Assembly: GCA_903813345.2 (NCBI GenBank)
Contig: CAIIXF020000001.1
Span: 27,218,001 to 27,282,000, forward strand
Origin: Owenia fusiformis
Lineage: Eukaryota
Length of the DNA stretch: 64,000 nucleotides
Reading direction: 5' to 3'
The translations under genes and the position numbers were made by a program. The notes under the pieces are model-generated. The model saw only the letters and a list, made by a program, of their open reading frames with translations. It was not told where the DNA came from and ran no database searches. How positions within the stretch are numbered: the first letter of the stretch is position 1; every line of letters begins with the position of its first letter. Positions 40,101-55,500 of the stretch are shown here, one piece after another.

Positions 40101-40509
40101 GCTTTAGCGAAACTATGAGATGTTCTTGATGACGTCACAGCCGTTGGAGGCCATTTCGAAAAGTCAAACATGTAAATATTGCGATTAAATATGTCGATTT
40201 ATAGATACTAGAAGCTGTTAATACAGTAAAGATGCTATATTATTTAATAGATGGACTAGCGAAGTAATCTTAGGTACAACTTTTGTCGTAAAAAGCAACA
40301 AATCGATACAAATTTGCGATTTTCATTCTCAAATCTTTTCAAAAAGTTTTGAAAAAAATTTAAAAATCTGAAATCATCGATCGAAGTAGGTACTACTGTA
40401 CTGCTAGTTATAATTCCGCAACTCGACATATGCTAGTCTTGTGTCATGTGTATTAGAAAACTGTGAACATTTTAAATTGTTCCGTGGTGCCATCAGAAGA
40501 CCAACAACC

Positions 40510-43500
40510 ATGACTTCTTCAAGCAGTGCAGTTATCTTGGAAAATGTTCGGAATGGAAAATTCCAAAACATCGATAAAGAAGTTCAGGTAAGTTTACCAA
40601 GTCATATCTCATAAAGGACATGTTTCACTATATTTCTCAGTTGAATATCTGAGTAGAAACAAATTATGGTCTGACTGCATCGGTAGAACTTGAAGTATAA
40701 GAGTTACCATGGGCTTTTAATTGACCTTTTGCGATCAGAATTCAGGTATTTTGTTTATGGATACTGTTGTCATGTATTTCGTCTTATTTGAGAGACGAAA
40801 TGTTGGACACGTGGCAATTTTGAGCTAAATATGTTATTACTTCTTTTATGAAAACTATGGGTCAGATATTTACGAGGTATGCCGATTCGACTAGATTATG
40901 AGTATATCTTTATATGTGTGAAGTTTTGGTGAAATTCATACTAAACATCGATGCCTATAAGCGCCCCCCATTTTTTTTCAAAATCGGGGGGCGCTTAACC
41001 ACTATCAAAATCATATGTCTCTGCCTAAAGATTGGTAGTCTTACTTTACTCGAGTCTCTAGCCAATTCTTGGCTAGAAGTAACTCCATCTGGAACACCAT
41101 GAACTAGACCTATTGTAAAATTTCTAGCCGGGGTTCAATAAATTTAAGTAATATTCTAAAAACCATCATGTTAATATTTCATGAATTATAATGGTAACAG
41201 ATTGTCTTGTTGATGAGATATTGAACATTTTCATTTAAAATAGAAGTCGTCCCATTTTTGTCTGTTCTCAATAAGCTTACTAGCCGACAGGAAAATGGTG
41301 GAAATCAGAGAAATTTTATTATAATTTTATGGACCGTGAAAATGAATGATTTCCTTGTAAGTTCCGGAAGTTTCAATATGAAAAAATTACAGAATATCTG
41401 TCAACAAGAGGAAAAATGGAAAAGTCCAAAAAGTATTTACACAAATTTCAATCAAGTACTGTGTTTATGCTTCATCATGAACAAAACAGAGCTGATATGG
41501 TTTCATTGAAATGTGTGTTCTAACCTCTAGAAGGTAAGTAAGACTCTCAATCTTTAGGTTACTCTTATATTTCAAATTCTACCTACACAATCAGGGCATG
41601 AAAAAAGTAGACACTATGACCCCCTTCAATCTACCTGATTTAGAAAATAAGCCAAAATTAGTCTGCCTTACGAAGTCTCATCAAATAGACTACATGCGAG
41701 TAGAAAAAAATCTTGATTTACGCCATTAAATATTCAAAATTCAGTCAAAGCGATGTTATATTTGAAATATACATATAAAAGTACATCTAGAAATATGGTT
41801 TCGAAAATTGTTTATCAAGTTTGAATATTTAATTATTTTTGAAAGTGTGACTTCTAGTTCGGGTTGATTCTCCATAGAGCCCATGTTACAAAATCACAAA
41901 AATGAAATATCTTTTCTTGTATTGGTCAGATAACATTTTCATTTACTGGACATATTTTTGACTTGCATAACTATTAGATACATAAGGGTTATATAAAAAT
42001 TGAACCACTAAAACAGATGAAATTGAAGTTAAAGGGAACTTTCTACTATGCCCGCCATGCTATCTGACCCGAACGAGCCACCTGGTGGTGAAACTGGTAA
42101 CTACCTACTCGCATCTGCGTTATTACTCCATTTTAAAACATATTGCTCACTTTTGACCATGATAGAAATGTTGAGAAATTGAAAAATGTTGAGCCTATTT
42201 TATAAATATGTTTTTCAGGCCTACATTGAACCCACTATGAATGAACATGCATCACAAAAAATACAAAAAACTATTGGGTTCTTCTGCATACAATTCCTAC
42301 ACAGTAGTGTAGGCCATCTTAACACTGCGAAGGATGGCTTTAGCAGTCTTCTTGTAGCAATACATATTGCATACAGTTGCATCAAGAACAACAATGAACA
42401 CATTCCAGTTAAAGATCCTGTTATGTTGCACAAAGTTCTTTTCCACATTATCAAAAATTTGAAGGAACAGGTAAGAAATTTAAGGTTTCTGTTTTTAGCA
42501 CAAGTAAAAGTATGAGTTTCTTGTCATTTGGACATGGAGAGAAAAGAGTAGAAGGTTACAGACAAGTACTTTTAAATAACACCTTTTCCTAGTTTTAGTC
42601 TGTATTTTGTGACCTCATACACTTGGAATTAAAATAGCAAGGACTGTTTAATAAAAGATTGTCACAAAGATTGCAAAATGTTTACTCTGAGTGTAACCTT
42701 TACATAAAGTTATGACATTCTTTTACATTGTATATTCTAAATGATTTCCTTCACTTACATTTTCATTTATCAAAGTTGAGTATTGATTTTGAAAATTTGT
42801 ATTTATTGTCCATAAATGTACCTAATACTGTCAGAGGAAAATGCAATAGACTTGATGCGAGTAGAATATTTAATGATTTACATCATTAAATATTCAAAAT
42901 TCAGTCAAAGTGATGTCATATTTGAAATCTACATGTTTAAGTACATTTAGAAATATGGTTTCGAAAATTGTCTATCAACTTTGAAAATTTAATTTTTTTG
43001 AAAATGTGACTCCTTGTTCGGGTTGAATCCTCATAGACCCCATGTTACAAAATCATAAAAAGTGAATTATCTTTTCTTGTATTGGACAGATAATATTTTC
43101 ATTTACTGGACATATTTTAATTTGCATAACTATTAGATACATGAGGTTTATATGAAAATTGAACCACGCAAATAGATGTAATTTAAGTTAAAGGGAACTT
43201 TCTACTATACCCGTCATGCTATCTGACCCGAACGAGCCACCTGGTGGTGAATCTAGTAACTACCTACTCGCATCTGCGTTATTTGATTGGTCTGATATAA
43301 AGTTTCAGTACATTTAATGGTTAATGTTATGCATCTGGATTTAATTTATAATCAGATGGAACTATTGCATATTTGGAATCTTCATTTAGTTTGGTTTTAA
43401 AATTTGAAATTTGTTCTACTTCTAGAATCTTATAGAAGAAGTTAAGAGAGTGGCTGACTACTTGTTGCATGAAGTCGATTGCCTAGATGGCGAAACTAAA

Positions 43501-46500
43501 AAACAAGTTGACGTCATCTGTAATAATAGCTACATCATATTGTGGAACAGTGCCATACAACAAGAGGAGATACAGAAAACTGATACAGATAAAGACAATA
43601 GAGATCCTGTTCTAATGCTACAATTGAGAACAAAAGCGCTCAAATTCTGGATGCTCTCTCATAATTCAAATGATGACACTCTTATAGAGAAGGCAAAGGT
43701 TGCTGTACAACGATTTGATAAGACATTGCAGGAAAAATACCCCAATAATCAAAATCTCCCACCTGAAGTTTTAACTGCTCACAAAGAATTTATAGATGGC
43801 GTTTGCCAACTTACAACTTCTCTGTCGGAGAACTATGGTGAAACAGATAAAGTCTCCGGGATACTTGGTGAATTTTTCATATTTAACTTGACACTCAGAT
43901 TTGTTGCTAGGCAGCCACCATTTAAGAAAAACATACAAGACAAATTGAATGGTGTTTCATCAAAAGTTGATTGTGATGTAAAATTGAATGAAGGGTGTGT
44001 GAAGTTGATAGATTTCTCCTCAAAATTTCCAACATTGTTATCTACCGGAGATATAGCACATCCAGATATTGTGAATGATATAAATGATTATAATGCTTAC
44101 TTTAAAACACTGATCTCAGGAGCCCAAACGATTCCACATCAACTCAACATGATAGTTGACAGCTACAAGATTTTTTACAACCATCTAGAAACACACATAA
44201 ACAAAAAACAAACAGTGTCCCCAGGTATGACCGACCTTCTAGATTCAATGCTAGTCACATTCGGAATGCTATATGAAAAACTACAAAATCAGAAACTCTC
44301 TAGTGATGATTGTAATGCCCAAGTGGATGAGAGAAGGACCCAGCAAATCTATAGCCATGTCGTGAGACAGATAGATGCGCTTGAGTTGAGATTCCAACTT
44401 GCATCATTGCAGTACACCACAAAAGGTAAACATGTACAGTTATGATATTATGATGATATTATTTTGACTTTGGCTCACTTATTTATCATACAAAAACACA
44501 TGTCCAAATAAACACCCCCCCCCCAAAAAAAAATGTTCAGTCAAAAAGTGTTTTTAAGCTTGTTCCCATGCATACTTCATACACGTTTCTTCATCAGACT
44601 TTGTGGATTTTCCTGGTAACTACACGCTAGGATTCTTGATTTTCATTATCTTTTTTAACAGTGAATGATGGTTACATGTTTAATAATCAAATGATGTCAC
44701 GTTCACTATTCTTTTTCAGATGCGTCAACTTTATACAACCTATGCTCTACCTTATTAGAGGCACACTGTCTCCTTATAGACAACAACAAACAGAGGCATC
44801 CCACATTGGCCAAGGAATACTGCAATTTAGGTAAGTTAAGTTCAGTAAATTTGAGTTTGATTCTGATGATTTAATCAAAACAGTTTGATGAAATCAAATA
44901 TTTCAATTTTATGCCATTTTAACAAAAAAATAAGTAAAACTTTCAGATTGACTGTCTAGTAAAGCAGTGATTTTGAATTAGTTGAAATGATGCAAGCATG
45001 AAATTAAATGATACATCAAGTCAAGCATCCAACATAAAATCAATTTGCTGATTCAACAGCACCGTGATATTCATTCATAAAAAGACATCTAAGTTCAAGA
45101 CGAGGGTGATTCTAGAAATGGTCATTTGCTAAAGCTGTAACATGTCACTGATATGGTGTAAACAATAGTATAAACCCAAAGTTTCCATGGGCCTGTAAAG
45201 GATACCTTGTATCCATTTGAAAATCTATTTGATCCCAAAGTCCCATTATGCTGTTCAAGGCTAAAAAAATTGAAAATGTTAGAATACAACATCAACATTT
45301 TAAACATCATAAGTCCTGATTTCTACGACGTATTTATATTTATACAGCTAAATGACACTTCCCGATATTTTAATGGCATTGACACCCGATTGCAATAAAA
45401 CACAAAATGCAATAATGGACATAATGTCCCCTGAAAACTTAAAAGTATATCTGTGTTTATAAACTCTTTGGAAAGAGGAGTACCGTGCATTGTTTTCAAG
45501 TAGATTTACATAAAAAACCTAAAACACCATAGGTTTCTTAAATATTGAATTTTTATTTATTAACTAGATTCCAACATTTTATACTCTCTATTCTTTCCTG
45601 CTACTAATATAGCCAATATCTAATTATTTTTGTGAGATCTCAGACTAAAGTGATGGAAATACAGCATTATTGACTAGGTTTTCTAATAAAGCAGAGTGGC
45701 TACAAACTTTTAAAAATGACTTCATTATAGTCACTGATTTGTATTAATTTGTCCCAGGAGAGTCTTGGTTGTTCTGTACATCATGCTAAATGAGGAAATG
45801 ATTCAAGGGAAAGCTACAATCAGAGACCACGAAGAGGCTAATTGAATTATTGATGAACTTGGTTGAATTTACACAATAGCGCAGTCAGATGTCCCTTTGG
45901 TAGTTCGACTTTTTCAGGAAAGCAACAAACTTGGCACAGTTGTAGAAACATATGATCTGAATGAAAAATGATTTCGGGGCAAGTGATTCGGGGTGGTCTT
46001 CATGGATTGTAAGCCTCTGACCCCCACCCCTATCAGGCGGGGAGGGGGTACATTATAATAAAATAAACAAAAATAGTTGTAAAGTATATTTCTTTAAATG
46101 ACTTCATTCGGTGATTGCTTTGAGCCTTGAAATTGAGAAAAACTTATTTTAGAAGTGGTGTTTAGGAAGGAAAATACATTTTAACCCAATTATCTAGCGC
46201 GAATTCATCTTTCAAAGGGTCAAATATTGGACATCAAGTACTGTATTTCAAGAATGTGATGTCTGATCATCCTGAAAAAATTCATACTAATAGAGATATA
46301 GGTGTTAATCACTCATATGATATATGGGTTGTGTAGCTCATGTAATTTTTGAGAAATAAATTATCGAAATATGGATTTTTAAGCCCTTGCGGCCTAGGGG
46401 TGACCTTATTTTACCTTAATAATTTTTAAGATACGCAATGTTTGGGCCTCATATAAATTCTAAATGTTGCATTAAGTATTGTTTTGTCATATTATTCCTA

Positions 46501-49500
46501 ATTAAATGTAAAAAATTATTGGAAATTAAAAAAAAATCAAATTTTCATTTTCGCTTCTAAAGGGTCAAGGGTAACCATATTTTACCCTAATAATTTCCCA
46601 GATATGTAATATTTGCATCTCAAATTAAGTCAAGATGTTGCATATAGTTCTGTTTTATCATACTTCTTCCAATAAGATGTAGAAAATGATCGGATATATC
46701 TAAAAACTCAAAATTTTCACTTAAGCTCTTGATGGCCCTGGGGTAACCTTATTTTACCTTAATAATTTTCTAAATATGAGACATAGTCACCTCAAATGAG
46801 CTTAAGATGGTATATTTAGTCCTGTTTTATCATATCATTCCCAAGGAGTGAAAAAATGATTGGAAATTATAAGAAAATGACATTTTCATATTACACCCCC
46901 AATCCACAACATCTTCTTGCAGCGCTGTAAACAGTACTGAACAGTGCAGTCAGAGTACTGCACTATATAGCAATGTACAATGCTATTCTAACACCATCTG
47001 TTTTGGACAGCGTAGTACAGTACTGTTTTTACAGCTCAGTACTGTTTTAGAAAACAGCTGTGTTCAGTACTGTTTTTACAGCACTGTTTATGAAACCATG
47101 CTGTTTGATGCAGTTTGAGATTGGTAGTGTAGTTTATGATAGGCCAGGAATGACCTAATTTTACCTTAAAAATTCAAACAAAGATATATCATATTGTCTA
47201 CTCAAATGAGCTCAAAATAGTGAATAATAAGTCTAGTTTTGTCATATTATTGCTACTGAGATATACAATAATGATTAACAATTATAAATAATGAACCTCA
47301 ACAGCCATTTATTCCTTTTTAGTACCAATGGCAATACTATCTAGTTTTATAGAACATTTTCTAAGATATGTAAATGTTTGATAAGTCCAGTTCATACTCG
47401 CATGAGTAGTAGCATTGTTAAGATTCTGTATATTATCATTTTAAAAGTATATAATCCAAATCTATAAAACCTAATCAAAGGAGTCACAATTTATGGATTC
47501 TGACAGTCTCTCCTACAGCTACATAGCTCAGAGCAAATCAGATCTGCTTTCAAACATTTGTATCTGTTTTCTTGACACAGGTATCTACCCCATGACCTAC
47601 ATTTTATGTTGTGGCCTCAGTATCAGCAGTGGGAGTAGTCCAGCCACATTCATGTGGTGATAGAAACTGTGGGTAAGAATGCATCAGAATGAATAAGGAC
47701 TCTAGTCTTCTAATTTTAGGGTATCAAAAAAGATTTAAAGCTTAAGAACACTTGCGTAACCTCTGGGTACACCTTCTATTCCTGCAAATCAGTTGACTAA
47801 GAGTAGTAGCAGAATGCATCTAGCGATTGTATGAAAAATGGTAAGGGCTAAACTTCGTTCATGGCCAAGTGGCCTTGAAATATCTAAGGCAGGTCGTACA
47901 TACTGGAGGAATTTCCCCTCACCATAGGCCATATGCAATCCAAATTGACATTTTCAGCACAAGTTACTTGCAGTTTAAACCACATCAAAATCAACTGTAC
48001 TGACTATGATTCTTATTAGGTCATGACAGAAGCAGTCTTTGGCATGCTTCTTCATATGAGCGAATGGTGATGGCAGATACTTCACTATCGGGCTAAGATA
48101 TTGCATTACCTTATTAGGTCATGACAGAAGCAGTCTTTGGCATGCTTCTTCATATGAGCGAATGGTGATGGCAGATACTTCACTATCGGGCTAAGATATT
48201 GCATTACCTCATTGTGAGGTCACTATCTTCTTGCCATCTTCCTCCAGGGTTTCAGTTTTGATGCCTGGAAGGAAAACAGCTCCCTCTTGTTCCAACTATC
48301 TTAGGAAATCTTGCCAATTCCACAGAAGAAAATTAGTAGGATATATACTTTCCTCACTGTTCCAGTTTTGTGCTGTTTGTATCTAGGCTCATTAACATCA
48401 AAGTTGAATGACTAAGCTACATAGTAGATGCCAAAATAATAGACAGGGCATGTATAGTTAAACATGCTAACAGTGAAATATAAAGAAAATTTGGTGATTA
48501 TGCAAATATGATATTACTCACGTAAAAGTCTGCAAATAGTTCATTTCAAGAGGAATCAGCTGAAATAATGTTCATCCAGGGGGTTTCTTTGGAAAAAAAT
48601 GAACATATATGTTAGTCTTGATGAAATATCAAAACTTGAATATATTTTGACACTGGTCCATGATCGTTGAATGGCCCCTTTGCACTAATTGTTGCACCTT
48701 TAAAACAGCACTAGAGAGACTTGTGGAACTGGAACAAGGATAGTCTAAGGAGGAAACTGAAACCCTTGAAATAGATGGAAAGAAGATAGTGACCACATAA
48801 ATTAAGGAGGCAATGCAATGTTGAGGTTCTGCCATCACCCTTGCTCTTATAAGAAGAAGCAGATTCAAGGATATTTCTCAATATTTTCAGTTAGACTGCT
48901 TCAATCATGGCCTTCAAGAGAAAGAATAATACTCCTTACATTTAATTCTGATGTGGTTATCCTGGCATATATGTGATGTTAAAAACTGAAAAAGTCAATT
49001 TGGATAGCATATGGTAAGGGAGAAAACATATCAATATCTACCTGCCCATGACCAAAGTTTAATCCTCCCCATTTCTCAAACAATCATTGGATGTGATGTT
49101 ACATCTGTATTCTACTGCTATGGAAAAATGGAATAAATGGATTGAGATTTAAATGTGTCACTGAATTTTCTAATTGTTGTTAATCATTATCTCAGTAGGA
49201 ATAAAGTGAAAAACAGACTATTTTCCCCATTTTGAGATCATTTTATCTTGAAAATTATTGTGATAACATTTGGCATTCTTGTGCCCAATCATTGACTGTC
49301 ATTATTCACTGACAGAATCCTTGACAGAAGCAGTTCACCTTAACCCCCCCCCCCCCATCAGGCTAAGGTGACTGGACTTACTACCCTTTGCATTCATTCG
49401 ACTTTCCTTCTCAAAAGAGAGCTTTGTCTTCACTCTATCAGTTTTCAATGAATCTCTGAACTCACTGCGCTAATCAGACTTTGTTGTCGAAATAAGGACA

Positions 49501-52500
49501 GCTTTCTATATGGTCATTTTCTCTGACGAAATCGCATCATTAATGTGCATGCATTTACCACTTGTTCCTTCAAGCTTGCTGATTGGTTGAGAATAGGTCA
49601 GCATGGGTTATTGCAGCTTGGGTCATAAATGCTTTAAGACCCAAGCTGCCAATGGCATCGGTCATGGGGACGGGGCTGCTAAACTCACTCCATCCTTTGC
49701 TTCTATATTATGGTAATATATGATAAAATCACCCCTGACCTGTCAAAAGCTAAAAATGTCATTTTTCAAATTTCCATTATTTTTTACATCTCCTAAGGAA
49801 TAATATGACAAAACAAGAGTATATGACACAATTCTAAGCTCATTTGAGATGCATATGTCCCATAATTAAGAAAAGTTCAAGGTTAAATAAGCCCCCCCCC
49901 CAGGCCATCATAAGCTAAAATGAAAATTTCAAATTTTAAGAAATGTCCAATCATTTTCTACATCTTATTGGAGGTATTATGATTAAACATAACTATATGC
50001 ATCATCTTGAGCTAATTTGGGATACATATATTACAAACCTTGAAAGTTATTAAGGTAAAATATGGTTACCCCTGGCCCTTCAGAAGCGATAATGAAATTT
50101 TATTTTTTTTTGAAAAGTTCCAATCATTTTTCAATCCAATTAGGAATAATATGACAAAACAAGACTCAATGCACCATTCTGAGCTCATATGAGACCCATA
50201 CATTGCATATCTTAAAAATTATCAAGGTAGAATAAGGTTACCCCTAGGCCGGAAGGGCTTAAAAATTCAAATTTCGATAATTTTTATCTCAAAAAATACA
50301 TGAGCTACCCAAGCCATATTCTATATTAGTGATGAACACTTATACCCCTATTAGTATGAATTTTTCCAAGGTGATCAGACGTCACATTCTTGAAATACAG
50401 TACTTGATGTCCCATATTTGACCCTTTAAAAGATGAATTCACGCTAGATAATTGGGTCAAAATGCATTTTCCACACTAAACACCACATCTACAATCAGTT
50501 TGTCTCAATTTCAAGGCTCAGAGCAATCACCAAATGAAGTCATTTAAAAAAAATTTCTTCACAACCATTTTTATTTATTTTTTATAATGTACCCCCTCCC
50601 CGCCTGATAGGGGTTGGGGTCAGAGACTAAAAAATCCATGAAGACCACTCCGGATCACTTGCCCCGAAATCATTTTCCACTCAGATCAAGTGTTTCTACA
50701 ACTGTGCCAAGTTTGTTGCTTTCCTGAAAAAGTCGAACTATAAAGGGCTTATTTCTGGACATCTGACTGCGCTACAATGCTATTTTTGTTGCTGTTTTTT
50801 CTCTATGTGCATTGTGCAAATGTGGAAGTGAATTATTGGCCATACATTGAAGTAGTTAAAAAAGGGTCATGCATTTTGGAAAATGAAGGTCATGCATATT
50901 GGAATATAAAGAAAAGGTCATTAATTTAAAAGTTAAACAGAGGCCATGTTTTGTTAAGGTGAAAGTTATGCCATGCATTGTTTATTGAATGGTGGATCGT
51001 GTAGTAAGTTATGTATAGTCATGCAGTGTTGAAGTTATAAGGGTGCCTGTGTGGGGTATAAATTTTTGAGGTGAAGGGTGGGTCATGCATGGTTGAAATG
51101 AATGGTCAGTCATGCATTGTGGAAGTGAAGCGTGGGTCATGCATGGTTGAAATGAAGGGTCAGTCATGCATTGTGGAAGTGAAGGGTGGGTCATGCATGG
51201 TTGAAATGAAGGGTCAGTTATGTATTATTAAGGTGAAGGGTAGGTCATACATTGTTGAAGTGAAGGGTAGGTCATGCATTGTTGAAGTGAAGGGTAGGTC
51301 ATGCATTGTGGAAATGAAGGGTCAGTCATGCATTGTCAAGGTGAAGGGTGGGTCATGCATTGTGGAAGTGAAGGGTAGGTCATGCATTGTGGAAGTGAAG
51401 GGTAGGTCATGCATTGTGGAAGTGAAGGGTGGGTCATGCATGGTCGAAATGAGGGGCCAGTCATGCATTGTTAAGGTGAAGGGTGGGTCATCCATTGTGG
51501 AAGTGAAGAGTGGGTCATGCATAGCCATTGTTGGAAGTGAATTTTTGAATGATGGATCATGCATTGGGGAAGTGTATGATGGCCCATGCATTATAGAAGT
51601 AAATATTAGGATACATGCAGCAGCATAGTGGAAATATGAATAAAGGATCACTCTAATGCCTTTGAATAATCTTATGAAAAACCTGATTACCCTTGGCTCA
51701 GGAGCAGATGGTAATATACTACTTTTCATAACAGGAACTAGGGTGGTATAATTGCCCTTATTAATTGGCAAATCTCACAAAAATGCTATGAATTCTTTAT
51801 ATAATATACCACATTCCCGCAATTATTGGCATCTTGTAAATCCCAAATCCTCAGCTAAGAGCTTTTCAATTAGCTTTTGTACAAAGCAGAACAGGAATAT
51901 ATGCTTACATGAAGCATGGAACTTGTTACAATTGACTTTTATTGACATGCTTTTACTATCTCTTGAATATCATTAATATCTAATGGGATATAGTGGAACT
52001 GCTGTGCTTCTACGATTTAGCAACTGTTGATTAGGTTGAGAGAGATACATGCTACTGGTAAGTTGAAAGATTGATTGTAAAGAATTATTTTATATTGTCA
52101 TTTCTCAATTATCAATCTGAACTATTGTTTTATAGTGTTGTATTAGAATATCTGTCAGTATAGGGGCTTCATGCATTCTGTCTAAAGTTGGTTGTTAAGA
52201 ATTGTGGTTTCTACAGTTTCTGATAAATCAGAATATTTTTTATGTCATGACAAGAAGTATAGAAGGCAGGTGGCATCTGTAACAATCGTTACACTTTTGT
52301 AATCATCTGAAGGTGGTGCTATTTTGTCATGTTATGATTAGTCATCATATTACATCGGTTTAATGGTCTTAATTTTGATTAAAGGGATTTATCATTTTCA
52401 TTTGTTGACTAATTTGAGTTAACATTATGCATAAATATATGTTTAATAGCCTCATTTATCAATACAGTAGATGAATATTTGCAACATGTGGTTTTACGAA

Positions 52501-55500
52501 TTTTGAAATTCTGCATGAAGATTTCAATCGGATATTTAGCTAATGTTGGAATTAAGTATATTGGTAGTCTTTGTGAAATAATTGTTTCATGAATTGTAAA
52601 ACAGTGAAACCTGTAAAATGAAACGTATCTAGAAGTGGAACACCTGTGTTAGTGGGAACACTTTTCAGAGTTGCAAGATCAAGTAACTTAATGTTAAATG
52701 AACCTCTATAAGTGGAACATCTTTCAAGTGGAACACTTTTTAGAGGTACCAAAGGTGTTTCACTCAGACAGGTTTTACTGTACATGTAGTCTTACATTAA
52801 GCCATGGTGACCCCTTAAACACCTCACTCACTGACACAATAAAGAAAATAAAGATTGGTTGAGTTACCGAGACTAGATGCTGGACTATTGATGAAACCTA
52901 TCTAAATTGCTTCAAAAAATGGATTTTTGGTGTAAATGAAAATTTGAAAGTGTTTCAGAAAAAACGTGCTGAAGTCTAGTATACACTAAAAAAGTCATTT
53001 CTCCCAAGATTATTAGAAGCTTAACTCCAGACTCTAAGGCTATGAAAACATTTTGATTGAACAATAAGAGACCTTGATATTCTAATGCTCAATATTCCCT
53101 AATGGTACCTGGCCATTAATCAGTCATTTCATCAGAACCAGATTGAGTTATTTCTCCATTTGGCAGCAAAACATTATGCATATTAACCTATGGGGGCTAA
53201 TTTGTTAAATGAAAGTGGCATTCTCTTCTCAATTGCATAATAAATCATAAAACATCCCACTCTGTATGTCACTTCGTTATTGATATTTATATATAATTAT
53301 TGTGGTAATTTTTTACCTGCTTACTTTATTTGGTCATGCAACTGCTATAGCTAATGTATCTAGTATTTTTAACATGGTCATCATGCCATTTGCTATAAGT
53401 TTGCAATAAGTGGGCCTTTTTGGCATTACTGTGCCTTATAGGCCTTATCTTTTATTTTAGGCCAAATTTACAAAGTAAAACAGGCCTTAAGTTCTCAAAA
53501 TGTGGGCTCATATTTTGGTTTTGGGGCCCAAAATCTTTTTCTACAAGTGCGCAGAAAGATTTTTTCAGACTTGAAAATTTCCCCCCCCCCTGTAGTTTCC
53601 AGATACGCCGAGTTGAGATAGTTAACAGGTCCGAAAATATCAATGGTTATACTTCGAGTTTAGATGCATAGTTTGATTTATTTATCAAAGTGTACAAGTA
53701 GTGTCCATTAAATGTTCCATGGGACAATTATGGTTAAACATATGAAACCCATTATGTATGTTATTCTTATGTACTTTCAGCCTCTGCCATCAATCAGTTT
53801 GGTAGAATGGTGCATAGTAAAGATCCATGCCCTGAAAACATCAAGTTCTGCCTGTTGGCACTGCAATATTACAAGAAGTGGGTCTATGCTGAACCAAATG
53901 AAGTCCAAACCAGAATAACAAAGGTGAGTTTCTTTATGTGTATCAGTTAAATATGTTTTTAGAACTTTTGAGAATGAATACCCATGCAAAAATAAATGAT
54001 ATATAATCAAAAAAGGGTGACCTATTTCCATATCCATATTTTGCCATTATTATATTCCCATAAAAGTTTCCAATTGGTAATGACCCTTCAGATGACCTTG
54101 ACCTCACAACATCAACTTTCAGAAACATTTCAATGTATTAAATTGTGAAGAATTTCCAATATATTATTTGGTGATATTGACCTTCACCAACACTCTTCCC
54201 CTCAAAATGTGTCATAAATTTGCTTGACCTTAGTCGACTTACTATGAAGATTGAAAGAAATAGAAAGAACTTAGCTAACATATTTAGAAACTGTTTTCTT
54301 CCTTTTAGAAAATGTTTTTGCCTTTTATTATTCTTTGAAGCATACTCTGAATGAATAGTAATAGTTATTCCAATCTTAATAAGGATATCCAGTGTCTATT
54401 GGATTGGTGCAATGTTTCAACAGAAGTGCCCAATAATGCACTTAGTGGTCAATAGAAAATCTCTAACATTATTACGAACATACCTTAAGAAAGTTATTAA
54501 TAACCACTTGCTTTAGAGACATTATTGGACCTACTTTAAAGAATTCTGTCCTTATATTTTAGAGATTTCTATCTATCTGAGATGCCATTGAAAGTCAATT
54601 ATAATATGTTGTTTTCAAGATGTTTGTGTCAGTATAACCCGAACAGAGATTGATTTAGAGATTAAATCTTACAATTTGCGATAGAGGAATGCTCTGATGA
54701 ATAATATTAATCAAAAATGGTAGCCAAAGAGCCTTGGATATTGCATGTTAAAGTTACAGATGATTTTCAGTATTCATTATTGTTTTGGGAGCGAATGTTG
54801 AACGATGACATTTCAAATGTATGAGACAGTTCATTCTTCATGTATTAAAAGTGTTTCTTAAAAGACTAGATAATGGTTACAACTCGCTATGGGAGTCCAC
54901 AGTAGTATGTTAATTGACCATGGATTAGATAAATAAATTCAAATATAACAGTACCCAGAATTATTATTTCACCATCAGAGGTTTTTGTGGATGGTTTACA
55001 GCAGTTGGTGTTTGATGGTTAGTGTTCAGTGATCAGTATCTGTAACAAATGGCAGGTAGTGACATTTTCCATGTTAATGCCTTGTTTTCAAAGGAGCAAT
55101 AATACCTCAGTAAAAACAATGAACCCCATATGAGTGATGAGTACATTCTACTCCATTGTGATGATATCAGTATTTCTGTGGGAGTTTACCTGTTCCAGTC
55201 TGATTCCCATATTGTAGCACCTTTCTGGTGTTAACCTCTTAACACCATTAGTATACTGTGTGTACTCTCTCATTCTGTTTTAATTGGAATGCTCAGTGAT
55301 TCCCAATAGGTGTTTTAGGGTTACCTTCAGTACAAATCAATGTTAACTTGCATATTCATAATGGTTTTATTCATGTAAAAAGTGAAATTAAAAAACAAAG
55401 GACAAAGGTTTTCTGTAACACATCTTTCTACATATTAGAAGGGTGAAATGATAGCATATATAACCCCCTCCAAAAAAACAAATTATAAAAGTCAGTAGAA

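Larger units (their letters stand above)
45877..50774 (-). mobile_element. Degenerate Academ-family DNA transposon (4.9 kb) in ESPL1 intron 4
   Basis: CAA|TAGCGCAGTCAGATGTCC ... GGACATCTGACTGCGCTA|CAA (3-bp TSD, TAG ends); ~1-kb TIRs built partly of ~170-bp subrepeats. Frameshifted minus-strand remnants NWQDFLR..NKRELFSF, SYEEACQRLLL, IVSTVDFDVV, IWIAYG..GEGKFLQYV..LGHERSLALTIFH and a KCLKADLICSELCSCRRDC Cys-rich tail (~47500-48330) match the Academ XPG-like and Cys-rich domains. Confidence 0.85.

Noticed and set aside
51009-51771. ORFs with VEVKGRSCI / MHDPPFTST repeats
   Set aside because: By-products of a 27-bp minisatellite open on both strands. They are not needed for the ESPL1 frame (44830 joins 53781 in phase).
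52021-52057. AG...GTAAGT-bounded candidate micro-exon in ESPL1 intron 4
   Set aside because: 37 nt would shift the frame, and the flanking exons already join in phase.
54560-54900. Possible old retroelement fragment
   Set aside because: Too degraded to support a call.
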